DNA from: Myxococcales bacterium
GTDB taxonomy: Bacteria > Myxococcota_A > Polyangia > Haliangiales > J016
Reading direction: 5' to 3'
Assembly: GCA_014238595.1 (NCBI GenBank)
Contig: JABAAV010000003.1
Location: 1-48,828, forward strand
DNA length: 48,828 nt
The notes under the pieces are model-generated. The model was not told the origin of the DNA and did not search any database. It was given only the letters and a program-made list of their open reading frames with translations. Shown piece after piece: positions 36,617 through 45,316 of this stretch; positions within the stretch are counted from its first letter, which is position 1; the number at the start of each line of letters is the position of its first letter. The translations under genes were made by a program, and so were the position numbers.

Positions 36617-37686
36617 TGTACGCACTGGATCAGTATCTTGCTTGTGATGCGAAAGTAAAAGCAACCTCACTGTTTTCTCTTCTTTCCGAAGACGGAATAT
36701 TGCAAGAGGGGTTTGATTTAGATCAAGAATCATTGCTCCGAATGTATCGTGGTATGCGTAGGCTTCGTATTCTTGATGAGCGCATGCTTATTCTGCAACG
36801 GCAAGGACGTATTGGATTTTACGGAGAAGCCCGTGGACAGGAAGCGGCAGTGATTGGAACAGCATCGGCGCTTTGTGAAAAAGATTGGATTGTTCCTGCA
36901 CTGCGTGAAGCTGGTGTTGGATTATATTGTGGGATGCCACTGTCGATTTATATTAATCAAATCTTTGGTAATGCCGCGGATGTTTCAAAAGGGCGGCAAA
37001 TGCCATGTCATCCTTGTGACAAAGATCACAATTATGTTGTGATGTCTTCATGTGTTGCAAATCAACTACCGCATGCTGTCGGTATTGCTTGGGCAATGAA
37101 ACACAACAAGGACACTGATAGATTATGTGTAAGTTACATGGGTGATGGAGGAACGAGCGAAGGAAGTTTTCATATTGGACTAAATTTCGCACAGACAATG
37201 TCGGTTCCTGTATTGTTCATCTGTCAAAACAATGGATGGGCTATTTCAACACCTACAAACAAACAAACCATATCAGAGACCTATGCAATCAAAGGGTTGG
37301 CCTATGACATGGAATCGTTGCGTGTTGATGGTAATGATTTATTAGCAGTATCAACATTAACAAAATATGCCGCTGAAAAAATACGTAAAGATCAAAAACC
37401 TATTTTTATTGAAGCGGTCACTTATCGTGTGAGTGCTCATTCAAGTTCGGATGATCCATCACGATATCGAGATGAATCGGTAACGAAAGAATGGATCGAG
37501 AAAAGAGATCCTATTGATCGAATTCGAAAACTTTTGTTTGAAAAAAAATGGATGACAGAAGACGAAGATCAAAAAATAACACACCATTTTGAATCTGAAA
37601 TTAATCAAGAGATCAAAAAAGCTGAAGCAATTGAATTGCCAGATAAAAAAACGCTAACGCAAGATGTTTTTGAAGAAGAACAATAA
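36616..37686 (+). CDS. Second, diverged 2-oxoacid dehydrogenase E1 alpha paralog
   Basis: ILQRQGRIGFY, the TPP motif MGDGGTSEGSFHIGLNFAQT...FICQNNGWAIS (GDG form), and YRVSAHSSSDDPSRYR. Its GTG start shares one nucleotide with the E2 stop codon. No second E1 beta gene follows. Confidence 0.8.
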   Translation: MYALDQYLACDAKVKATSLFSLLSEDGILQEGFDLDQESLLRMYRGMRRLRILDERMLILQRQGRIGFYGEARGQEAAVIGTASALCEKDWIVPALREAGVGLYCGMPLSIYINQIFGNAADVSKGRQMPCHPCDKDHNYVVMSSCVANQLPHAVGIAWAMKHNKDTDRLCVSYMGDGGTSEGSFHIGLNFAQTMSVPVLFICQNNGWAISTPTNKQTISETYAIKGLAYDMESLRVDGNDLLAVSTLTKYAAEKIRKDQKPIFIEAVTYRVSAHSSSDDPSRYRDESVTKEWIEKRDPIDRIRKLLFEKKWMTEDEDQKITHHFESEINQEIKKAEAIELPDKKTLTQDVFEEEQ

Positions 37687-37723
37687 AGCTATGATAGTTA
37701 ACTATCATGAAGGATAAAAAACG

Positions 37724-39130
37724 ATGCAAGAAAAAAAAGTAGATGTCGCTGTTCTTGGAGCAGGTCCAGGGGGTTATGTTTCTGCAATTCGTTTGGGACA
37801 AAAAGGATTATCTACGATGATTGTAGATAAGGCTTTTATTGGTGGTACTTGTCTCAATACAGGATGCATTCCGTCAAAATCATTAATCCACGCAGCAAGT
37901 TTTGTTTCAGTTTCTACACATGCAAAATCGATAGGCATTACATTCGATACACCAACAATCGATATGAAATCGATACAAACATGGAAACAAGGTATCGTAT
38001 CGCGGCTAACGAAAGGTGTTGAAGGATTATTAAAAGGCAATCACGTTGATGTTGTTAACGGTCATGCCTCGTTTATTTCAAGCGATACAGATCATCATGA
38101 ATTACTGGTTGATGAGACCACCAAAATTATAGCGAAACATGTCGTGATTGCGACAGGCTCTACAGCAAGAACACTGCCCGAATTCCCTGTTGATCAAACA
38201 ACGATTCTTGATTCTACTGGATTGTTAAATCTCGAAACAATTCCCCAAAGTTTAATCATTTTAGGTGGTGGTTATATTGGGCTTGAATTGGGCATCGTGT
38301 ATGCCAAACTTGGTACAGCGGTCACGATTGTTGAAACAATGCCACGGCTTTTGTCAGCAATGGATCCTGATACTGTGGCTGTGGTTTCAAAAACATTACG
38401 ACGGCTTGGTGTTGTTGTTCACTGCAACACCGTTGTCAAAAATCACACAAAACATTCAACATCTATTTCATTAGAGATACAAACAGATCAAAAAAACCAA
38501 ACGATTGAAGCTGAAAAATTATTTGTTTCAATCGGACGAAAACCAAACACTGAAGGTCTTGGATTAGATAAGATTGATTTAAACACAGATGAACATGGCT
38601 TTATTCCTGTCAATGAAACACTGCAAACAAACAAACCAGGTATCTATGCGATTGGTGATGTTACATCTGGTCCCATGCTTGCACATCGTGCATCCAATCA
38701 AGGTGAAATTGTTGCTGATGTCATTTGTGGCGATACTTCCGCAATCGATCCACGTGTTATCCCTGCTGTTGTTTTTACCGATCCTGAAATTTCATCAGTC
38801 GGCATGACCGAATCTGAATTAAAAGAGGCGGGATGTTCTGTTCTTGTTGGAAAATTCCCTTTTGCAGCATCGGGTCGAGCAATGAGTGTCAATAATACAG
38901 ACGGATTTGTTAAAGTGATTGCTGACAGTGAGACAAAAGCCATTCTTGGTGTTCATATTGTTGGTGCGCATGCTTCAGAAATGATTGCTGAAGCAGGACT
39001 TGTTATTGAAATGGGTGCAACATTAGAAGATATTGTTGGTACTGTTCATGCACATCCATCATTAAGTGAAGCGTTTGTAGAAGCAGCACATGTTGCTTTG
39101 GGTCAAGCCCTTCATATTATGGCAAAATAA
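37724..39130 (+). CDS. lpdA: Dihydrolipoyl dehydrogenase E3
   Basis: GAGPGGY FAD motif, redox-active GGTCLNTGCIPSK, NAD-site GGGYIGLE, and C-terminal HAHPSLSE. Confidence 0.9.
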   Translation: MQEKKVDVAVLGAGPGGYVSAIRLGQKGLSTMIVDKAFIGGTCLNTGCIPSKSLIHAASFVSVSTHAKSIGITFDTPTIDMKSIQTWKQGIVSRLTKGVEGLLKGNHVDVVNGHASFISSDTDHHELLVDETTKIIAKHVVIATGSTARTLPEFPVDQTTILDSTGLLNLETIPQSLIILGGGYIGLELGIVYAKLGTAVTIVETMPRLLSAMDPDTVAVVSKTLRRLGVVVHCNTVVKNHTKHSTSISLEIQTDQKNQTIEAEKLFVSIGRKPNTEGLGLDKIDLNTDEHGFIPVNETLQTNKPGIYAIGDVTSGPMLAHRASNQGEIVADVICGDTSAIDPRVIPAVVFTDPEISSVGMTESELKEAGCSVLVGKFPFAASGRAMSVNNTDGFVKVIADSETKAILGVHIVGAHASEMIAEAGLVIEMGATLEDIVGTVHAHPSLSEAFVEAAHVALGQALHIMAK

Positions 39131-39140
39131 TACAACGGTT

Positions 39141-39785
39141 GTGCAATCTACATTGTCTCATACAACCATTGTTTCTGATTTAGGTCGGTTAGATTACAAG
39201 ACAACATGGAAAAAACAACTCGAGTTGTTGTCAGACTGTCAAAAAACGAAACAAGAATATTTACTGATGGTGGAACATCCACCTGTCATTACGTTAGGGA
39301 GACGACGAGATAGTATCTCCAATGTTCTTAATGACGATAATATTGATGTCGTTTCTGTAGAACGAGGTGGTGATGTTACCTATCACGGGTTTGGGCAATT
39401 AGTTGTTTATCCAATTTTGTATTTGCGAGAAGATGAACGTGACTTACATCGATATATGCGAAATTTAGAGCAAGCCATTATTGATGTGTTGATGTATTAT
39501 GACATCAAAGGGGATCGTATTTCTGGACAAACAGGTGTTTGGGTTGAAGACAGAAAAATTGCGTCAATCGGTATTGCATGTCGTCGATGGGTGACCTTTC
39601 ATGGATTAGCCTTGAATGTTACGACAGATTTAAAATCCTTTCTAAAAATCAATCCCTGTGGTTTTGATGCATCAGTCATGACCAGTATGAGTAACGAAAG
39701 CTCTCAAGATCAAATCGATATAGAACGCATTAAACCTCAAATGCTTCAAACATTGGGTCATGTGTTGAAACGTAAATTTATATGA
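39141..39785 (+). CDS. lipB: Octanoyltransferase LipB
   Basis: LGRLDYKTTW, EHPPVITLGRR, RGGDVTYHGFGQLV, the active-site Cys in INPCGF, and KI.SIG. The longest ORF, starting at 39090, overlaps lpdA by 41 nt. An in-frame GTG at 39141 is preferred but unverified. Confidence 0.8.
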   Translation: MQSTLSHTTIVSDLGRLDYKTTWKKQLELLSDCQKTKQEYLLMVEHPPVITLGRRRDSISNVLNDDNIDVVSVERGGDVTYHGFGQLVVYPILYLREDERDLHRYMRNLEQAIIDVLMYYDIKGDRISGQTGVWVEDRKIASIGIACRRWVTFHGLALNVTTDLKSFLKINPCGFDASVMTSMSNESSQDQIDIERIKPQMLQTLGHVLKRKFI

Positions 39786-39836
39786 TCACATGCGGATAAT
39801 CGTGAAAAATGACGACTGATTTAATGTCAGGGCGTT

Positions 39837-41105
39837 TTATGAAACACGACGAATCGATGCACCCAAGGCCGCAAGTTTTTTCTCAAAGCGTTCATAGCCA
39901 CGATCGATATGATAGACACGTTGTACATGCGTTGGTTGTTGTGCGATTAACCCAGCAAGAATCATTGAAGCACCGGCACGTAAATCTGTTGCCATAACGG
40001 TTGTGCCTGATAAAGGTGTTTTGCCACTGATTACGGCAGTGCTTCCCTGTACGGAAATGGATGCGCCCATGCGATTTAATTCTGCAACATGCATAAACCG
40101 ATTCTCAAAAATATGTTCATTAATCGTACTTTGACCATGAGTTTGTGTCGCAAGAACCATAAACTGTGCTTGCATATCAGTAGGAAAGCCTGGATAGGGA
40201 TGCGTTGTTATCGAAAACGGTGAAAAATTCCCATCACTCTGAACACGAAATGTTTTGTGATTATTCTCTTTGCTGGCTGTTATCTTGACACCTGCGGAAC
40301 GCAGTTTTGCCGTGATGACTTCAAGATGTTTGGGGTTAATATCATGAAGCGTAACATCACCGCCTGTAACAGCAGCCGCGATCATAAATGTTCCGGCTTC
40401 AATACGATCAGGGATAATGCTATGGGATACTGCGGAAAGATTATTGTTTCCTTCAATACGAAGATGTGATGTTCCGACACCTTGAATAGAAGCACCCATT
40501 TTAATCAGGACTTCTGCAAGTTCTTCGACTTCAGGTTCACAAGCAGCATTTTCAATCCATGTTGTTCCTTCAGTACAGACAGCTGCCATTAATATATTTT
40601 CTGTTCCTGTTACAGAAGGAAGATCAAAAACAATGCGGGCACCTTGAAGTTGTTTTGCAGAGGCATCAACATAACCATGATCAAGCGATACGGTTGCTCC
40701 CATAGCCGTTAAGGCTTCGAGATGTTGATCAATAGGACGAGAACCAATAGAACAGCCTCCTGGCAATGAAACCCGTGCATGTCCTCGTCGTGCAACAAGA
40801 GGGCCTAAAACCAAAATACTCGCACGCATAGTTTTGACCAGATCATAGGGTGCAATTGATATGTTATTCCATGTTTCTGGAGAATGTATTGTAATTTTTT
40901 TATCGCAACGATCGATCTGACAACCAAGTTGTTCCAATAGTTGGCACATTGTAGCGACGTCTTTGAGATCAGGCATATTATCAAAGACAAAGGTCCCAGA
41001 AGCCAACAATGTAGCGGCTAACAATGGCAACGATGAATTTTTTGAACCGCTAATAAAGACATCTCCGTTTAGTGGTTTTCCTCCCTCGACAATAATGCTA
41101 TCCAT
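39837..41105 (-). CDS. murA: UDP-N-acetylglucosamine 1-carboxyvinyltransferase
   Basis: [34 protein letters not shown], the active-site loop [13 protein letters not shown], and FPTDMQAQF. Confidence 0.95.
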   Translation of the reverse strand: MDSIIVEGGKPLNGDVFISGSKNSSLPLLAATLLASGTFVFDNMPDLKDVATMCQLLEQLGCQIDRCDKKITIHSPETWNNISIAPYDLVKTMRASILVLGPLVARRGHARVSLPGGCSIGSRPIDQHLEALTAMGATVSLDHGYVDASAKQLQGARIVFDLPSVTGTENILMAAVCTEGTTWIENAACEPEVEELAEVLIKMGASIQGVGTSHLRIEGNNNLSAVSHSIIPDRIEAGTFMIAAAVTGGDVTLHDINPKHLEVITAKLRSAGVKITASKENNHKTFRVQSDGNFSPFSITTHPYPGFPTDMQAQFMVLATQTHGQSTINEHIFENRFMHVAELNRMGASISVQGSTAVISGKTPLSGTTVMATDLRAGASMILAGLIAQQPTHVQRVYHIDRGYERFEKKLAALGASIRRVS

Positions 41106-41137
41106 AGAACAAGATCTTTCGAAACGTAAACTGATTT

Positions 41138-43195
41138 ATGACTTCTCGTTTTTCTAAAATATTACAACAATATTCCGATTGGGTTGTTGCTGTACTCGTT
41201 ATTTTCATTGTTGGAATAATGATTGTTCCTTTGCCTACGGCTTTGGTTGATTTGTTGTTGTCATTCAATATGGCGTTGGCGGTACTTTTATTGATGGTAT
41301 CTCTCTATGTTGGTAATGCGATGCAAATTGCTTCGTTTCCTTCTATTTTACTCATTACCACATTGTTTCGATTAGGTCTTAATGTTTCTACCACAAGATT
41401 AATCTTACGCGATGCTGATGCCGGTGAAATTGTTTTAGCATTTGGTAATTTTGTCGCAGCAGGCAACATTGTTGTTGGCGTGGTTGTTTTTGCGATTTTA
41501 ACGTTAATTCAATTTATCGTTATTGCCAAAGGATCTGAGCGTGTGGCGGAAGTTGCGGCACGTTTTTCATTAGATGCCTTACCAGGCAAGCAAATGGCCA
41601 TTGATGCCGATGTTCGGTCAGGGTATCTCGATCAAGAAACTGCACGACAGCAACGGACGGTCTTAGAACAAGAATCAAAATTGTATGGATCCATGGATGG
41701 TGCCATGAAGTTTGTCAAAGGCGATGCCATTGCTGGAATATTAATTACAATCATTAATATTATAGGAGGCCTGACGATTGGCATGGTCTCTCAAGGCATG
41801 GATTTAACAGAAGCCAGTCGTCTTTATACCGTGTTAACTATTGGCGATGGCTTGGTCTCTCAAATTCCTGCACTCTTAATTTCATTGGCGGCAGGCCTTG
41901 TCGTGACACGAGTTTCTATAGGGGAGGAACATGTCGGTCACGATATTGTCACGCAATTATTTGTTCACCCTAAAGCGATGATTGCAACAACGGTATTTTT
42001 GTTGGTATTAGCATTTGTTCCAGGACTTCCATTAGTTCCCTTTTTGGTTCTTGGATTAGGTGCATGTTTCTTATCCTTTAAGTTAGTTAAACAACAAAAC
42101 CAAATACAACAAGACAATGTGGACACAAAAGCATCGTCAGTAGGCATTCCACCTATTGTTATAGAATTTGATACGACGCTTCAACAAGCATTTCATGCCC
42201 ATGAAAAAACAGATGTGTTTTTCCGTGAAACACTCAATCAGATTAGAGAGAATCTTTATCAAACGTGTGGAATCAATGTTCCTTCGATGTATGTCCGTCC
42301 CCTTGATCATACTGAATTCTTTTCAAATGACGATTCATTAGCAGAAGGTAAGTTTGTTCTTTATTTCTTTGAACAAATTGTGATGGTCGGCAGTCTTTCA
42401 ACAACACAGTGTTTGGTTAATGTCTCTGCAAAAACACTTGTATCCAAAGGTGTTGATGCCACTCAAGCAATTCATCCTGTTTTGGGTAATGAAATAAGTT
42501 CTATAAATACTAATCAGAGAGTTCAATGTGAGCGGTTAGGGTTTCTAGTCTATTCTCCTTTAGATGTCTTTGTCATGATATTGGGAGATAAAATAAAAAC
42601 ACATGCTTCAGAATTTGTTGGTATTGAAGAAACTAAACAATTAATTGGACAGTTGGAGCAAACACATCCGACATTGGTGAATGAAGTTGTGCCTCAGTTG
42701 GTTTCACTATCTTTGTTATCTGATATTTTACGTAAGCTGGTTCAAGAAGATGTTTCAATTCGTGATCTTCGCTTAATTATTCAGGCATTAGCCGATGCCA
42801 TTTCAGATAAAGATCAAAAGAAAGATCCAGTTGTATTAACAGAGCAGATTCGGATTGCATTGCGTCGTCAAATTACATTGAAGTATGCCATCAATGGCAT
42901 TTTAGATGTCTGGATGTTAGATCCATTACTCGAAGACACAATACGTGAATCCTTGCACAAAACTGAAAAAGGTGTGTTTTTGGCACTCGATCCTCAAATG
43001 TCACAAGATATTCTGAAAGCCTTTCGACAGGCCTTGGAACAACATGCCTCGGCAGTGATTGTAACGTCCTTGGACATTCGTCATTATGTTCGACGGTTAA
43101 TTGAAATTGAACTTCCTTTAATAGCCGTTCTTTCTTTTTCAGAGCTTCTCCCTGATATTCAATTAAATCCTCAAGGGAAAATTTCTGTTGATTAA
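41138..43195 (+). CDS. sctV: FHIPEP-family type III secretion export-gate protein, injectisome (SctV/YscV/InvA) type
   Basis: 685 aa. LLITTLFRLGLNVSTTRLIL, DADAGEIV, KGSERVAEVAARFSLDALPGKQMAIDAD and GSMDGAMKFVKGDAIAG match the SctV forms. The flagellar FlhA forms are LLFTTLLRL, KGAGRIAEV and GASKFVRGD. Confidence 0.85.
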   Translation: MTSRFSKILQQYSDWVVAVLVIFIVGIMIVPLPTALVDLLLSFNMALAVLLLMVSLYVGNAMQIASFPSILLITTLFRLGLNVSTTRLILRDADAGEIVLAFGNFVAAGNIVVGVVVFAILTLIQFIVIAKGSERVAEVAARFSLDALPGKQMAIDADVRSGYLDQETARQQRTVLEQESKLYGSMDGAMKFVKGDAIAGILITIINIIGGLTIGMVSQGMDLTEASRLYTVLTIGDGLVSQIPALLISLAAGLVVTRVSIGEEHVGHDIVTQLFVHPKAMIATTVFLLVLAFVPGLPLVPFLVLGLGACFLSFKLVKQQNQIQQDNVDTKASSVGIPPIVIEFDTTLQQAFHAHEKTDVFFRETLNQIRENLYQTCGINVPSMYVRPLDHTEFFSNDDSLAEGKFVLYFFEQIVMVGSLSTTQCLVNVSAKTLVSKGVDATQAIHPVLGNEISSINTNQRVQCERLGFLVYSPLDVFVMILGDKIKTHASEFVGIEETKQLIGQLEQTHPTLVNEVVPQLVSLSLLSDILRKLVQEDVSIRDLRLIIQALADAISDKDQKKDPVVLTEQIRIALRRQITLKYAINGILDVWMLDPLLEDTIRESLHKTEKGVFLALDPQMSQDILKAFRQALEQHASAVIVTSLDIRHYVRRLIEIELPLIAVLSFSELLPDIQLNPQGKISVD

Positions 43196-44181
43196 CCTTC
43201 TACAATAGCTGTGATGATGTGACGGTTGGATTTTAGCCAATCAACATAATAGTCTGTCTCTTGTTGTTTTTGTAATTCATTGCGTTCAATCAAGTCTTCC
43301 ACTGCTTCTTTGATTAATCCAATTTTTTTAGAAGGAGGAAGATTAAACTCTTTCATAATGCTTGCGCCGAATCCTTTGGGCAATAATGCAGGTTGTTCAT
43401 CCTGTTCTTTTAAAGATTTAATTCGTTGTTCTAGATCATGAATACCTTGTAACAATGTTTGCCGTTTTCCTGGTATTTTAGATGTAATATCGGCACGGGA
43501 TAGGTTGAGCAAATCTTTACAGTAAGGTTCCATATCTTTCGCAAAACGTCGAACAGCAGAGTCTGTCCATGCACGACTGTACTGTGCACATCTTAAATGT
43601 TCTGCAATGAGAAAACGTATCTTTGTTTTTTCTTGTGGTTCAAAAGGAAGTCGTTTTGAAATTTTATCAAACATTTTAGCACCGACTAATGCATGTCCAC
43701 GAAAATGTACGGAACCATTAGGCATAAATGTTCTTGTAGGTACTTTCCCAATATCATGAAGCAGTGCAGCCCATCGCATTGTTACATCGGGAACGGTTTG
43801 TTTGACGACCAATACAGTATGTTCCCAAACATCTTTATGTTTACGCTGACCTTCTTGACGTAAAGCAACGGTTGCTTCTAATTCAGGCAGAAGATATTTG
43901 ATAACTCCAATACGTTGGAGCCATTGTAATGCTTGATCAACATGTTTTCCAGGAAGACATTGTTCAAAACTTGTTTTACAAGCTTGTGGTGCAATCTCTT
44001 TAATTACATCTATTTCTTCACAACAGGATTGAGTTAAATTGAGTCCAGGCCATGCACCTGTCTGAGAAATGTTTTGTGCAATATGAAAAATAAACAACGG
44101 ATCATTTTGAACACAGGATCGTGTGTTGTTTGCGAGATGTAAATCATCGGCAGCGTAAAGCAAATCTTGAACGCTGTTCAT
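43192..44181 (-). CDS. HD-domain protein related to the body/tail of CCA-adding enzymes or poly(A) polymerases, without the nucleotidyltransferase head
   Basis: LQWLQRIGVIKYLLPEL (RNA-binding-region-like), HKDVWEHT...AALLHDIGK (HD motif) and HFRGHALVGA. There is no GGxVRD/DxD head motif at the N-terminus. Confidence 0.55.
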   Translation of the reverse strand: MNSVQDLLYAADDLHLANNTRSCVQNDPLFIFHIAQNISQTGAWPGLNLTQSCCEEIDVIKEIAPQACKTSFEQCLPGKHVDQALQWLQRIGVIKYLLPELEATVALRQEGQRKHKDVWEHTVLVVKQTVPDVTMRWAALLHDIGKVPTRTFMPNGSVHFRGHALVGAKMFDKISKRLPFEPQEKTKIRFLIAEHLRCAQYSRAWTDSAVRRFAKDMEPYCKDLLNLSRADITSKIPGKRQTLLQGIHDLEQRIKSLKEQDEQPALLPKGFGASIMKEFNLPPSKKIGLIKEAVEDLIERNELQKQQETDYYVDWLKSNRHIITAIVEG

Positions 44182-44191
44182 AAAAGACTCT

Positions 44192-44854
44192 TTACTCGTT
44201 AGGTAGGCGCAAGGTCAAGAGGCTCTGATCATTGAGAGAGGCTTGAGCTAGGATATTTGTTTCGAGTTTGTCCAATATCTTGATAAGATCATGATCAAAA
44301 ACAGATGCAAGTGTTTGACGAGATACACGATAAACACTGGGTGCATCGGCATCATAAGCACAGGAATAATCAAGATAATCATCGGACATCACAATAGATT
44401 GATCGGTGTATGTAATCGGAAATAATCGGCAAATATTAGGTTTAATGCCCTCCATGTTCCAATTTCCTTCTATGGCGGCACGATGAATCGCACAACCCCG
44501 TTGTGAATGTTGCAAAAACACACATCCGGCCTCATCAGATGTTGTTTGTGTCCGAACATGTGCCCCTGTTGGAAAATCTTTGTCAACAATCACGTCATCG
44601 GTAAACCAAGGCAAGTCACGGACTGATTCATTGAGAATACTGCGTAGCTGTTTTGAATGAGATAAAATAGCGTCACGTTCTGCAATATCCACATCTGCAC
44701 CATATTGACAACATGCATCCAATTTAATCGTGTTGTTTTTATGTTTCAATGAACAGGTATGTGTCATGCAATCGGCAACAAGACGACAAACAAAAATAGT
44801 GGGATCAACCCAATTAAATCGTGCATGTGAGATAGCAACAGGCGTTGTTTGCAT
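44192..44854 (-). CDS. Cys-rich hypothetical protein (DUF3109-like)
   Basis: LDACCQYGADVDIAERDAIL ... GCVFLQHSQRGCAIHRAAIEG...KPNICRLFPITY. The family call is from motif memory only. The ATG at 44854 is chosen because the longest ORF, starting at 45070, overlaps the epimerase gene by about 210 nt. Confidence 0.4.
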   Translation of the reverse strand: MQTTPVAISHARFNWVDPTIFVCRLVADCMTHTCSLKHKNNTIKLDACCQYGADVDIAERDAILSHSKQLRSILNESVRDLPWFTDDVIVDKDFPTGAHVRTQTTSDEAGCVFLQHSQRGCAIHRAAIEGNWNMEGIKPNICRLFPITYTDQSIVMSDDYLDYSCAYDADAPSVYRVSRQTLASVFDHDLIKILDKLETNILAQASLNDQSLLTLRLPNE

Positions 44855-44858
44855 AATA

Positions 44859-45311
44859 TTATTTATGATTGATTTCAACCAATTCAACCAAAGTGCCACC
44901 CATGGCTTTAGGGTGAAGAAACCCGACAAGATGGTTGCCTGCCCCAGGGCGTGGTTCTTGATCAATGATGGGAACGTTATATTTATCAAGGAGTGTCCAT
45001 GCTTGTTTAATATCTGTGACCGCAAAGGCAATATGATGCAGTCCATTGCCGCGCTTGTTGACAAAGTCAACCAGTCCTTTGTTATCAGGTAATGGACAAA
45101 TCAATTCGATGTTGGTTTGATTATTAAATCGAAAAAATCCTACGTCGGTTTGTTGTTCAGAGACGGTTTCTTTATCCGTTAAATCTATCCCGAGTAGATG
45201 ACTCCATGCTTGAGAACATTGATCCATCGATGTTGTTGCAATGGCAATATGATCAATGCCAGTAATGAGATGTCCTAAGAGTGGATGCGAAATTTTTGAA
45301 AAATCAAACAT
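44859..45311 (-). CDS. mce: Methylmalonyl-CoA epimerase (VOC/glyoxalase fold)
   Basis: GIDHIAIATTSMD..., NIELICPL, GNGLHHIAFAVTDI and GGTLVELVE. The ATG at 45311 lies 5 nt after the thiolase stop. Confidence 0.8.
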   Translation of the reverse strand: MFDFSKISHPLLGHLITGIDHIAIATTSMDQCSQAWSHLLGIDLTDKETVSEQQTDVGFFRFNNQTNIELICPLPDNKGLVDFVNKRGNGLHHIAFAVTDIKQAWTLLDKYNVPIIDQEPRPGAGNHLVGFLHPKAMGGTLVELVEINHK

Positions 45312-45316
45312 GAGAA

